In this document: piece by piece, positions 1 through 9,918 of the stretch
Position numbering within the stretch: position 1 is the first letter of the stretch
Layout of the letters: each line of letters opens with the position of its first letter
From: Bacteroidota bacterium
Lineage (GTDB): Bacteria; Bacteroidota; Ignavibacteria; UBA10030
Assembly (NCBI GenBank): GCA_050015675.1
Contig: JBEKAY010000012.1
Coordinates: forward strand, 6,952 to 70,951
Length of the DNA stretch: 64,000 nucleotides
Direction of reading: 5' to 3'
The notes under the pieces: model-generated
Told to the model about the DNA's origin: nothing
What the model saw: the letters and a program-made list of their open reading frames with translations, nothing else
Database searches by the model: none
Position numbers and translations under genes: made by a program

Positions 1-244
1 TGTTACCTTTACGCATTTACCGCAAAAGGCAACAATCCGAATTTATAATCTCGCAGGTATTCTTGTTCGTACCATTGTGAAAAATGATAAAGGCCAATTT
101 ACAACGTGGAATTTGCAGAACGAATCAGGATTCCCTGTTGCGTCGGGTATGTATGTTGCATATATCGACCTGCCTGATGTTGGTACAACGAAAACTCTAA
201 AACTTGGCGTTATTCAAGAACAAGAATTCTTGCATCACTTTTAA
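1..244 (+). CDS. 3' end of a secreted protein with a T9SS type A C-terminal sorting domain (partial)
   Basis: Frame from nt 2 reads VTFTHLPQKATIRIYNLAGILVRTI...TWNLQNESGFPVASGMYVAYI...KLGVIQ, with stop TAA at 242-244. IYxxxG and SGxY are typical of the FlgD/T9SS CTD, and a PorV-like gene follows. Confidence 0.8.
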   Translation, partial: VTFTHLPQKATIRIYNLAGILVRTIVKNDKGQFTTWNLQNESGFPVASGMYVAYIDLPDVGTTKTLKLGVIQEQEFLHHF

Positions 245-299
245 TGAGTGCTCACTTGAATAAGATGATTATAAAAATGAAATTAAAAGGAGATTCTAA

Positions 300-1346
300 A
301 TGAAAAGCCCTATAAAGCAAGCTATTGCTTTCGGAGTGCTCTTTGGGTTGATTCTGCTGTCATCTGCATATGCAGGCGATAATAATCGAACCGGTACTGC
401 AGGTGCACAAGAATTACTGATCCCTGTAGGTGCTCGCGATCTCGCCCTTGGCGGTAGTAGTGTTGCATCAACGAATGGAGTTGATGCAATTTATTGGAAC
501 CCAGCAGGTCTGGCTAAAGAAAATTCTGTTGAAGCTATGTTCTCTCACCTCAATTATTTCGCCAATATTGGGGTAGAATATGGTGTAATCGGTGTCAATG
601 CAGGTGATTTTGGGAACATAGGATTTTCTATGACGTCAGTAAATTTTGGGAACATACCTGTTACGACGGAAGATTTGCCTGATGGTACTGGGCAGACATA
701 TTCACCAACTTATTTAACACTGGGCATGACATATGCTCGGATGTTAAGTGACCGTATTTCCGTTGGCGCTACGGTGAATATTATAAATGAATCCATCATG
801 AATACTTCCGCAAATGCCGTAGGATTCAATATTGGCGTTCGGTATGATGGGATCGGAATACCGGGTCTGAACCTCGGCATCGTTTTGAAGAATGTGGGAA
901 CGAATATTTCCTATGGTGGATCTGGTCTATATCGAACAGGAACCACTTCATCCGATCTTCGTGGTCAACAAACCTACTCATTGGTCGCTGCTACTGCAGA
1001 ACTTCCCTCACAGATGGAACTTGCGTTAGCGTATGACTATAAATTGGGTGAAACAAATCAGATATCACTATTTGGCGATTTTGAAAACAATAATTATTCA
1101 ACCGATGTATGGAGATTTGGCGCAGAGCTCACCTTAATAAATCTCCTTTCCTTGCGAGGTGGATATACTCTTGCACCAAATGATCCAGTGGATGCAACAG
1201 GTGCATCATCGTATCTGTATGATTATACAATGGGTGCTGGTATAAAATGCGACCTCGGTGGGGCAACTATTGCGGTTGATTATGCGTACCGTCATTTGGT
1301 TCGAATGAATTCAAATAATGTAATATCTGTAAAGATTGGATTCTAA
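300..1346 (+). CDS. PorV/PorQ family (UPF0164-like) outer-membrane beta-barrel
   Basis: Signal peptide; GTAGAQELLIPVGARDLALGG and AIYWNPAGLA motifs; C-terminal Phe. Confidence 0.85.
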   Translation: MKSPIKQAIAFGVLFGLILLSSAYAGDNNRTGTAGAQELLIPVGARDLALGGSSVASTNGVDAIYWNPAGLAKENSVEAMFSHLNYFANIGVEYGVIGVNAGDFGNIGFSMTSVNFGNIPVTTEDLPDGTGQTYSPTYLTLGMTYARMLSDRISVGATVNIINESIMNTSANAVGFNIGVRYDGIGIPGLNLGIVLKNVGTNISYGGSGLYRTGTTSSDLRGQQTYSLVAATAELPSQMELALAYDYKLGETNQISLFGDFENNNYSTDVWRFGAELTLINLLSLRGGYTLAPNDPVDATGASSYLYDYTMGAGIKCDLGGATIAVDYAYRHLVRMNSNNVISVKIGF

Positions 1347-1369
1347 TTTTCAAAATCGGTTCATTTACC

Positions 1370-1401
1370 AAAAGGGTTGGAGTTTATCCAACCCTTTTTT
1401 T
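1370..1401 (+). terminator. Intrinsic terminator
   Basis: AAAAGGGTTGGA-gttta-TCCAACCCTTTT followed by a T run. Confidence 0.85.
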
Positions 1402-1423
1402 ATTCTTCATTCCTAAGATTAAT

Positions 1424-3712
1424 ATGCCTAACAAACGAATCACACTCTTCTTATCTTTTCTTGTTTCTTTGGTTTCAATAATGTATTCGCAAAGTTTATC
1501 TCCACTCTTTCCAGATACGGGACATTTGGCGGTTATCCAAAAGAAGATTGATCTTCATGGTGGTTTAGTTGTTCTCTCAATTGCCATTGCCCCTGGTTTT
1601 GAAGATGTACCTACTCTCGCATATTTTCGCCTGAAAAAGGGAGCCGAAATAGGATGTGTATACATTACTAATGGAGAAGATCTTCCCAACTATGAGTGTG
1701 GGAAAAGTGCGCATGAAACAGCAAAACAACGAAAAGAGGAGGCCTATAAAGTTATATCTTTGCTGAACGGCGAGGCATTCTTTTTAAATGTTCCTGCTCT
1801 TTCTTATTTATCGCAAGGAAATAACTCAATCGAAATTGATAAATATTACTGTGGACTTGATCAAATAATCTCTGAAATGAAGCCTGATGTAATATTATTG
1901 AATTCAGATTATATTTTTTCAAATGGAAAATCGAGGCGATTGCTGGCGGTAGAGAAAAATGTTGAAGAGACTATTCGTCGACTAAAAATAAAGAATCAGT
2001 GGAATGACTTAAAAATATTTGTACAATCAGACGAAAATAACAAGGGAGATCTAATTCAAGTTGATGAAAATAATGCACCGAGAAAGAAATCATACCGGGC
2101 TATCGCAGAAGATATCACGATGAAATATAGAAGTATGAAGGCTCTGTTTCCCGTTTGGAGGAGTTCCTACCAACCGCGCTATATCTCTGTGTATCCCAAA
2201 AGAAAAAATCAACTAAGACTGTCTGAGATTGATTCTCCGGTCATTCCTCCACGGCTTAAAGAAATAGCCTCGACTATAAAGGAAATAGCCGAATCAGAAG
2301 AAGCACAATCATCCGAACATCAACTTGATCGTTTGTACGAGACAATTTCAAAAATCGATTTCTTCATCAATCAGATTCAAAGAAATCTTAGCCCGAGAGA
2401 AAGGAGACTTCTCCTTTTTTGGAAGAACACAGTAGAAGAATACCGGTGCGTACTGCATAATATTTTTATTCCTTACACCCTGCGGGATGAAATGGTAACA
2501 GCTTCACAAATATTCTTTATAAAAATAGGTTCATTGGATTCGTGGATAAAAAACGGAAAAACGCAACTACTATTTCCGGGAGTCATAGAACGAAATTGGA
2601 TTGTAGACACTCGGCAAGACTATTCATATCCATTGTTGGCAGATACCTCATGGCTTGTTGTATCGCCCAATGTTTTTCCTTTAACTTCTCCAACTAACGA
2701 AGAAGGGTATCATGCTTTGAAAATGAGGGATAAGTTCACATTTATGGTAGTTCATGAAGAAACACTGAAAAAGAATAATTTTATCTATCAGAAAGATATC
2801 CCAATCATTTCTGTGCCACATCAATCTCTCGAAATAACAACTCCATACGTATTCGCAAACCGAGATAGTACTATCATTGTCAATATCACGAATAATCTTT
2901 TAAATGCAATGGAAGGAGAAATACAGGCAGAGGATTCGTTAGTTTCTATTGTACCACATCACATCTTCCTCTCTCCCAAATCAACAGTGATGGATAGTCT
3001 AGTGCTGAAGTGGAAAGGAAAATGTATAGATGGTGAACATGACGTGGTTCTAAAAAGCAAAAAAAATAATTCAATTGGAAAGTTTATCTATAAGGGAATA
3101 GATATAAGTGCGGGAGCGAAACAACCGATTGGTGTTTTTTCGACGGTCGATCAATCTCCACTATTATCAGCTTTGCATCGTCTCGGTTATCCCTATATTG
3201 ATCTTGATACTACGGGTCTACATTATTTTGAAAATATCTCTACTGTCATATTAGATGAACAATCCTCGGAGAAAGTCAACTCTAATCCAATTACAAAAAA
3301 ACAATTAAACGATTGGATTTGGAGAGGCGGTAAAATGATTGTATTGCCGCAGTTTGGTTCCAATGCAAATCAGGTACCTGATGATTCAGTGGTTTTTAGT
3401 TATAAGCACCCAATTATTTCGGCACAAAATATAAATGTAGATACCGCTCAATATTCATTCAAGTATCCTCATGTTGTGGAAGTTAAGAAATGGCAAACTG
3501 CAGGTTCGGTTATTTCTTATGGGGAAATTCATGTTAAGAAGAATTTGCGAGTGACAGTTCCTATTCAATCTCAAAGCACAAAAACGTCGCTTATGGCAGT
3601 TCGTCATTATGGTCATGGGATTATCATATACATTGCATTCAATTTGCATCCGCAGCTGCTTACCATTCAAGCAGAAGCATATAAATTCCTTGCGAATATT
3701 TTGAGTAATTGA
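1424..3712 (+). CDS. Secreted PIG-L/LmbE-like protein with degenerate active site, plus Ig-like and C-terminal GATase-like domains
   Basis: Signal peptide. VLSIAIAPGFED...CVYITNGE...RKEEA...PDVIL follows the PIG-L pattern but lacks HPDDE. C-terminus (GGKMIVLPQ, YGHGIIIY, AYKFLANILS) resembles LmbE-family tails. Confidence 0.65.
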   Translation: MPNKRITLFLSFLVSLVSIMYSQSLSPLFPDTGHLAVIQKKIDLHGGLVVLSIAIAPGFEDVPTLAYFRLKKGAEIGCVYITNGEDLPNYECGKSAHETAKQRKEEAYKVISLLNGEAFFLNVPALSYLSQGNNSIEIDKYYCGLDQIISEMKPDVILLNSDYIFSNGKSRRLLAVEKNVEETIRRLKIKNQWNDLKIFVQSDENNKGDLIQVDENNAPRKKSYRAIAEDITMKYRSMKALFPVWRSSYQPRYISVYPKRKNQLRLSEIDSPVIPPRLKEIASTIKEIAESEEAQSSEHQLDRLYETISKIDFFINQIQRNLSPRERRLLLFWKNTVEEYRCVLHNIFIPYTLRDEMVTASQIFFIKIGSLDSWIKNGKTQLLFPGVIERNWIVDTRQDYSYPLLADTSWLVVSPNVFPLTSPTNEEGYHALKMRDKFTFMVVHEETLKKNNFIYQKDIPIISVPHQSLEITTPYVFANRDSTIIVNITNNLLNAMEGEIQAEDSLVSIVPHHIFLSPKSTVMDSLVLKWKGKCIDGEHDVVLKSKKNNSIGKFIYKGIDISAGAKQPIGVFSTVDQSPLLSALHRLGYPYIDLDTTGLHYFENISTVILDEQSSEKVNSNPITKKQLNDWIWRGGKMIVLPQFGSNANQVPDDSVVFSYKHPIISAQNINVDTAQYSFKYPHVVEVKKWQTAGSVISYGEIHVKKNLRVTVPIQSQSTKTSLMAVRHYGHGIIIYIAFNLHPQLLTIQAEAYKFLANILSN

Positions 3713-3911
3713 TCGAAGAAAATATATTGCGTACAATCATTACATGATATGTTTATATGTTACAGACCATTGTTATGATAAATATAAAGGATTCTTTGTC
3801 TTTTTAAATAGCCCGCTGTCTCCAATAGAGTTTATTGATCTCATAAAATATTCCGCTTATAAAGGGGTTAATTGTTCAGTCCAAATTTTAACTTAATAAG
3901 AAAACTACACA

Positions 3912-5288
3912 ATGAAGAAATTTATTTGCCTTTATATCCTCCTTGCCTTACTCTATCACTCATATGATAGAACATCAATTCTCAACGCCCAAAAGAATAA
4001 CAGGTTTACGATCAATTCAGTTTTTAACAGATTTTGGCAGAGTGATTCTACATCATTTCTTGAAATAGCGACTGCATGCTATCCTCATCAAGTTCTCTTG
4101 AAAAGAGATTCATTGGGATATCACGGGAATGTTGAATTTCGAATTACAATTCAAAATACTGCCAATGGAAAAATTGTCCGAGCTGATCGATATCATGTCC
4201 CTGTTCACCTACAAGATTCTTCTACGTCTGCGTTATCAAAATCGCTATTAAGCACAGCTACATTTATTTTAGAACGTGGTTCATATTCGGTTGCAGTGTA
4301 CGGATTTGACAGCGGTGATATGGCGCGGCGGGATAGTGCACGTTTTATTGTTGATATTCTACCGAGGCCAAGTACTGTTGTTCTCAGCGATCTAGAATTA
4401 TGCGCCAATATCGCTGAATCAACAGATAAAAAGGATGACTTCTATAAGAATTCCTACCGTGTCATTCCCAATCCAAGTCTTGTTTTTGGTTCGAACGGGT
4501 TCCCTGTTGTATTCACATATTCAGAACTTTATAATCTTCAAAAGGATTTCCGCTATTCTATTAAAGTACTGATCACTGATTCAAAGGGAAGAATCTTCAA
4601 AGAACGAACGCGGCTTCGACAATATACACAAAACAATAGCGTTGATGTTACGACGCTTAATATAACGTCTCTTGTTTCCGGAAAATATACTTGTCAATAT
4701 ATACTATCAGATACCATGGGGTATGAGATAACGCGGTCAGAGAAAAAGATCTTCATATACAATCCGCATGTTCAACCTCCCGTTGTAACAACAATTTCTG
4801 CAAAAGGGGCAGAATTAGCAGGCCTTTCCAATGATGAATTAACGGATGAATTCCGGAAGATAAAATATCTTATAAATGATGACATGATCAGAACTTTTAA
4901 TAAAATCTCGTCGCCGGATGGAAGGCGAGAATTTTTAGCTAAGTTCTGGACAGATGTCGAGAGCGGGCAACACGAAAGAACCGATCTTACTCGTGCGATC
5001 TATCTGGACCGTGTTCTTACTGCTAATCAACGATATCGTGCGATGGGAAAAGAGGGCTGGTTGACTGACCGAGGCCGTGTGTATCTGATGTATGCCGAAC
5101 CGGATGAGATTGAACGATTCCCCAATTCAAATGTGAACAAGCCGTATGAAATCTGGCACTATAATCAGATTGAAAGTAGTGTTATTTTTGTTTTTATTGA
5201 TCGATCAGGATTTGGAGACTATACGCTTGTGCACTCTACGAAACGCGGCGAAATTCAGGATGAATCATGGCAGCAATATTTACAATAG
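3912..5288 (+). CDS. GWxTD domain-containing protein
   Basis: FLAKFW...RVLTANQRY...EGWLTDRGRVYLMYAEPDEIER...YEIWHY signature; signal peptide. Confidence 0.9.
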   Translation: MKKFICLYILLALLYHSYDRTSILNAQKNNRFTINSVFNRFWQSDSTSFLEIATACYPHQVLLKRDSLGYHGNVEFRITIQNTANGKIVRADRYHVPVHLQDSSTSALSKSLLSTATFILERGSYSVAVYGFDSGDMARRDSARFIVDILPRPSTVVLSDLELCANIAESTDKKDDFYKNSYRVIPNPSLVFGSNGFPVVFTYSELYNLQKDFRYSIKVLITDSKGRIFKERTRLRQYTQNNSVDVTTLNITSLVSGKYTCQYILSDTMGYEITRSEKKIFIYNPHVQPPVVTTISAKGAELAGLSNDELTDEFRKIKYLINDDMIRTFNKISSPDGRREFLAKFWTDVESGQHERTDLTRAIYLDRVLTANQRYRAMGKEGWLTDRGRVYLMYAEPDEIERFPNSNVNKPYEIWHYNQIESSVIFVFIDRSGFGDYTLVHSTKRGEIQDESWQQYLQ

Positions 5289-6139
5289 CAGTTAGTCTGC
5301 TTACCTGGTTGTCGCATACATCCGCACAGTCGGTCGATTCTGTTCTGGTAGAAGATTATTCCATCGGTTCATTCCAGCGAGCGACGCGCATTGTACTGGG
5401 GACACAAGGAACAATATATATTCTTGATGAGGACGAAAATAAAGTATCACTATTCTTTAATCTTCAAGATGCTCCAAAAACTATTGGAGGGTTTGGCTGG
5501 TCATCTTCTTCATTCGATAAACCCACAGGTGTTGCAACGGATGGAGTGAACATTTACGTCTCTGATTATGGCAATCATCGAATTCAGCGATTCGATCGGG
5601 ATCTTAATTATATATCATCACTTTCTACGAGAGATACTTCCGATGTTAACTCTCGATTTGGTTATCCTCTTGATGTTGCATTATCCGAGTTTGGAGATTT
5701 GTTCATCCTTGACGGTGAAAATATTCGCGTGATGAAATTCAATACTCAAAATTCCTTTGAGCGTGCATTCGGGGACATAAATGCAGGTGAGGGTAAGCTC
5801 CAGAATCCAATGAGACTCATTGCAATAAATTCTCGTATTTTTGTTGGCGATAAAAATAGAATACTTGTGTTTGACTATTTCGGTAATTATCTCGGAAGCA
5901 TTGGTAATGGTATTATAAACAACCTTAATGGATTCGCGATGTTGACAAATGAAATTCTTGCCGCATCAAATGACACAATCTGGTGGTTTACACGAGAAGG
6001 TGCTCTACAAAAGTATTCATCGCTCAAAAATATTATCTCTGGAGAACGAATCGACCAAATCCAAGATATCGCTTGTAATGGGAAACAGCTCTTTATCCTT
6101 TCACCACATAGGATTCACGTGTTCAAAATGAGTAATTAA
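5267..6139 (+). CDS. NHL-repeat beta-propeller protein, secreted
   Basis: FDKPTGVATDG..IYVSDYGNHRIQRFD, FGYPLDVA and LQNPMRL repeats. Confidence 0.85.
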   Translation: MAAIFTIAVSLLTWLSHTSAQSVDSVLVEDYSIGSFQRATRIVLGTQGTIYILDEDENKVSLFFNLQDAPKTIGGFGWSSSSFDKPTGVATDGVNIYVSDYGNHRIQRFDRDLNYISSLSTRDTSDVNSRFGYPLDVALSEFGDLFILDGENIRVMKFNTQNSFERAFGDINAGEGKLQNPMRLIAINSRIFVGDKNRILVFDYFGNYLGSIGNGIINNLNGFAMLTNEILAASNDTIWWFTREGALQKYSSLKNIISGERIDQIQDIACNGKQLFILSPHRIHVFKMSN

Positions 6140-6234
6140 TTTCCTCATGCCAAATCTTGACATTCGTTTTTAATTATCATAATTTTATACAGTGCTGTTG
6201 ATAAATCCACTACCCACTTTAAGGAGGAAACACC

Positions 6235-6666
6235 ATGGCATCTAAAAGCGTTAATAAAATCATTCTTATAGGAAATCTGGGTCAGGATCCCGAACTGCGG
6301 TACACGAGCAGCGGTGTCGCGGTAGCGTCATTTTCGATGGCAACGAGTGAGTCGTGGAAGGATCAAGATGGGAATGTTCAGGAAAAAACTCAATGGCATA
6401 AACTTGTCGCTTGGAGGAAACTCGCTGAAATTGTGGGTGAGTATTTGAAAAAAGGCAGCAAGGTATATATAGAAGGGCGTATTCAATATCGGAGTTATGA
6501 TGATAAGAATGGCGTCAAGCGTGATATCACAGAGATCGTGGTAGATCAAATGCTTATGTTGGATTCTAAAGGCGCGAGTCATGCAAATGGAGCGTCTGCT
6601 TCTGCACCATCGCAGCCTCAAACTGAAGAAGCTGCTCCCGATAAAGCTGATGATTTGCCGTTCTAA
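6235..6666 (+). CDS. ssb: Single-stranded DNA-binding protein
   Basis: [19 protein letters not shown] start, C-terminal DDLPF; AAGGAGG RBS. Confidence 0.98.
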   Translation: MASKSVNKIILIGNLGQDPELRYTSSGVAVASFSMATSESWKDQDGNVQEKTQWHKLVAWRKLAEIVGEYLKKGSKVYIEGRIQYRSYDDKNGVKRDITEIVVDQMLMLDSKGASHANGASASAPSQPQTEEAAPDKADDLPF

Positions 6667-6769
6667 GTTTTATCTACACTCCTTTTATAGTATGAGCTGG
6701 TCAAGAGAGTTGATTTTTCTTTTCAAATTTACTAAGTTGCATTTAATATAATTTGTTCTTTTTAATTTT

Positions 6770-6993
6770 CAGTTCTGGTGTCCCGATGCACAACGTGTAT
6801 CGTGATGAAAAGGGAATTCCGTGTTTTCTGATGAATCAAATTCATCAGAGAAAATCGGAAGCTGCCCCGCAACTGTAATTCCGATTCTGCACTGCGTAGA
6901 ATTGTGTCTTCGATGTAAAAAGTCACTGTGGCATCATAGGTGCCATGGGAAGACGAGTTGAAGATCGGAAGAGCCAGGAGACCTGCCAGAGCA
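6770..6993 (+). ncRNA. Cobalamin (AdoCbl-type) riboswitch
   Basis: Conserved blocks GGTG...AAAAGGGAA...GCTGCCCCGCAACTGT...GTCACTG...GGGAAG and B12 box AGAGCCAGGAGACCTGCCAG, upstream of a BtuB-like gene. Confidence 0.93.
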
Positions 6994-7052
6994 CTGTGCC
7001 TCATGAACCTTCGAGGGAAGGTGGTTCACGCACGTCTTCTTTGATGAGTGTG

Positions 7053-7090
7053 AAGCCCCAATCTTTGATGAAGGTTGGGGCTTTTTTATT
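7053..7090 (+). terminator. Riboswitch expression-platform terminator
   Basis: AAGCCCCAATCTT-tgatg-AAGGTTGGGGCTT plus TTTTATT, between the aptamer and the btuB start. Confidence 0.85.
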
Positions 7091-7119
7091 CACAAATCAA
7101 TTAAAGGAGACATGTACCG

Positions 7120-9009
7120 ATGAAATACCAATTCAAAACTTTGCTCTGCTTCGTGCCGATGGCTCTATCTTATGGAATACCATCTGGTGCAGGCGAAGAT
7201 TCTACGCGCACCTACAACACACAAGAAATGGTCGTGACAGCAACGCGTACTGCAATTTTACAAAATGATTCACCCTCACCAGTGCAAATCTTGACAACCC
7301 AAGAAATTCAGCGCACGAACGGCAGCTCTGTGGTCGATGTTCTTCATTCTTCTGAGGGAATTTTTTTGAAAGACTATGGCCCAACGGCATCTTTGAAAAC
7401 CGTATCATTTCGTGGAATGGCAGCTGAGCATATTCTCGTTCTTTATGATGGCACTCGCTTGAACAATTTCCAAAATGGACAGGTGGATTTCAGCTTGCTG
7501 CCTATGAATAATATCGATCGTATTGAAGTTGTACGGGGTGGAAATTCTGCATTGTACGGCGCGGATGCATTAGGTGGAATCATTAATATTATTAGCAGCC
7601 GTCCATCTGAAACATTGCAGATACATACAGATGCTTCATTAGGTTCGTTTGATTACAGACGGTATTCCTTAGATGCACGAGGACGAACACAGGGATTAGG
7701 TCTTGTTTTTGGAGTAATGCATGATCAAGCAACCGGCAACTATCCCTTTATTTATCACAGGCATGGATTGGTGGACACAATGCAAAAACGAGATGGAGCC
7801 GATTTTACTCGTACTCAGCTTTATCTCAACACAGATTATTCTTTTGATACCCGAGCGGCAATAACATTATCCATACAGAGAGTCAAATCGAATCAAGGTA
7901 CGCCCGGCTCGTTAACATTCGTTTCAAATTTAAGACAGGATGACGATGCCGTTACAACCGTAGCAACTTTGCGTGACGATCATCTTAATGGTCTATCAGT
8001 TAGTATGAACATGGGACTTACCTATGATCTCCAGAAATACTATTCTCAGACCAAAACAACGCTTGAAACATTCAATCCTCAAGTTCAATGGATTGCAACC
8101 TCGTGGGATCGTTTTATTGTCGGTGGAGAATTTGTTGAAGGCCATCTTGAAGGAATGCTTCCGGATGCAGTCATCAAACGCATCCAGCGCTCAGTCTATA
8201 TATCGAATGAAATGTTGTTCCAGCGGGAATCAGAAAATTTGGATCGCACCTCGCTGTATCAGTCTGTCCGGTATGATGCTTTATCAGAAGGGCAAGAAGC
8301 ATACTCTCCCAAAGTGGGTTTTAATTTTCGTATCATTCGTGCTTGGGATACAAGAATACGAGCCAGCTATGGTAAGAACTTCCGGATGCCTACATTCAAC
8401 GATCTGTACGATGTATGGCTTGGTAATCCGACATTGCAGCCGGAACATTCAGAATGTTATGATATTGGAGTTGAAACTTCGTTGGACCATTCAGGACAAC
8501 ATGCAGTTCAAATCACATATTTCGATATTACCACTCGAGATCGAATTCTTCCGAATGCATTTTATTATCCAATCAATATCCCTCGGGCTAAAAGTACCGG
8601 CATCGAATGTCGATACGATCTGAAGTTTCCCCATGATGAAGTGAATGCATTTGCGGATATGACATTCAATGCTGCTTCACGACAAAGTATGGATTCGACA
8701 AATGGGAAGCAGTTATTATATATTCCAAAAGCTGTTTGTTCTTTCGGAATTTCAGCCCGGGTTCTGGGTTTGTATTTTAATATCTCAGAAATGTATACAT
8801 CGAAACGTTTCATTACTGAGGATGAATCCGCCTCATTGCCGGAGTATTGGCTTACAGATTTTAATCTCTCAATGGTCATCCCATTAAATCTATTACGGTT
8901 GAATTTACGTACGGAGGTGAGCAATGTATTTGACACTGACTATCAAGTGCTGCCAGGTTACCCCATGCCGGGACGAACATTTCGAATTACTTTAGGCATT
9001 GATTATTGA
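7120..9009 (+). CDS. btuB: TonB-dependent receptor, BtuB-like (vitamin B12)
   Basis: TonB box EMVVTATR, plug motif IDRIEVVRGGNSALYGADALGGIINII, C-terminal PGRTFRITLGIDY; under a cobalamin riboswitch. Confidence 0.85.
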   Translation: MKYQFKTLLCFVPMALSYGIPSGAGEDSTRTYNTQEMVVTATRTAILQNDSPSPVQILTTQEIQRTNGSSVVDVLHSSEGIFLKDYGPTASLKTVSFRGMAAEHILVLYDGTRLNNFQNGQVDFSLLPMNNIDRIEVVRGGNSALYGADALGGIINIISSRPSETLQIHTDASLGSFDYRRYSLDARGRTQGLGLVFGVMHDQATGNYPFIYHRHGLVDTMQKRDGADFTRTQLYLNTDYSFDTRAAITLSIQRVKSNQGTPGSLTFVSNLRQDDDAVTTVATLRDDHLNGLSVSMNMGLTYDLQKYYSQTKTTLETFNPQVQWIATSWDRFIVGGEFVEGHLEGMLPDAVIKRIQRSVYISNEMLFQRESENLDRTSLYQSVRYDALSEGQEAYSPKVGFNFRIIRAWDTRIRASYGKNFRMPTFNDLYDVWLGNPTLQPEHSECYDIGVETSLDHSGQHAVQITYFDITTRDRILPNAFYYPINIPRAKSTGIECRYDLKFPHDEVNAFADMTFNAASRQSMDSTNGKQLLYIPKAVCSFGISARVLGLYFNISEMYTSKRFITEDESASLPEYWLTDFNLSMVIPLNLLRLNLRTEVSNVFDTDYQVLPGYPMPGRTFRITLGIDY

Positions 9010-9066
9010 TTTGGTTCAAAAGAGAAAATAATGTATTTTTCATTCATTCATTTTGATGGAGGATTT

Positions 9067-9588
9067 ATGCGTAATATTCTTATTAGTTCTGCTCTTATTC
9101 TCGCCGCTGCACTGTCTCGTATTCTTCCGCATCCTGATAACTTTACTCCGATTGCAGCGATGGCATTGGCTGGAGGCGTTTATTTCAATAAACGAATCGC
9201 TCTTGTCGTTCCGCTTGCCGCTCTTGTTATAAGCGACTTGTTCATTGGTTTCCACAATACCATTCTCTTTGTCTATGGAAGCTTTCTCTTGATTGGGCTC
9301 ATCGGCCTCTGGTTGAAATCACATAAGAAACCATTACCGATTTTTGGAGCGACATTGTTCAGCTCAATTCTGTTCTTTGTCGTTACGAACTTTGGTGTGT
9401 GGCTTACTGGCGGCGGTTGGTTCTATCCGAAAACATGGCAAGGTTTGATCGAGTGCTATACGCTTGCTATTCCATTCTTCCGAAATACGGTCGCCGGAGA
9501 TTTAGTGTACACAGTTGTCTTGTTTGGTTTGTTTGAGTTATCTGGATATACTTTACGTTCGGTAGAGAAGAAAGCGGTACGAATATAA
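9067..9588 (+). CDS. DUF6580 family membrane transport protein (candidate B12 S-component)
   Basis: SRILPHPDNFTPIAAMAL, FFVVTNFGVW and CYTLAIPFFRNT motifs; about 5-6 TM helices; ATG at 9067 follows GGAGG. Confidence 0.8.
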   Translation: MRNILISSALILAAALSRILPHPDNFTPIAAMALAGGVYFNKRIALVVPLAALVISDLFIGFHNTILFVYGSFLLIGLIGLWLKSHKKPLPIFGATLFSSILFFVVTNFGVWLTGGGWFYPKTWQGLIECYTLAIPFFRNTVAGDLVYTVVLFGLFELSGYTLRSVEKKAVRI

Positions 9589-9617
9589 CAAAAGAAAATT
9601 GATCGTCAAGATATACA

Positions 9618-9663
9618 AACGTCAGGTTGGCTCTGTAGATGCTGATCTGGCGTTCTTTTTTTT
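9618..9663 (+). terminator. Intrinsic terminator of the btuB operon
   Basis: 14-bp stem with G-U pairs, AACGTCAGGTTGGC/GCTGATCTGGCGTT, followed by a T run. Confidence 0.7.
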
Positions 9664-9918
9664 CATGGAGTAGCTCATGCGCGCCATTGTTCTGTTTTTT
9701 AATGGAATTGCTTTCCCTTTCTCTTATGTAGCTTTTTATAGAAAAAGGTTTATATTAAACACCACAAAACTATAACGCAATCACGTCTCCAAAAATAGAA
9801 TTTGTGTTGCGATTCTCTATTCATAGTTTCCCACAAAAACACAGCCGCAGAAGACTATTCCTTCGCACGCATTTTTATGGAGACAAACCACCACAATGAT
9901 TGAAGTAAAAAGGAAATT

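Noticed and set aside
6762-7268. ORFs 6762..7004(-) and 6945..7268(+)
   Set aside because: They overlap the cobalamin riboswitch, terminator and btuB start, and show no protein features.
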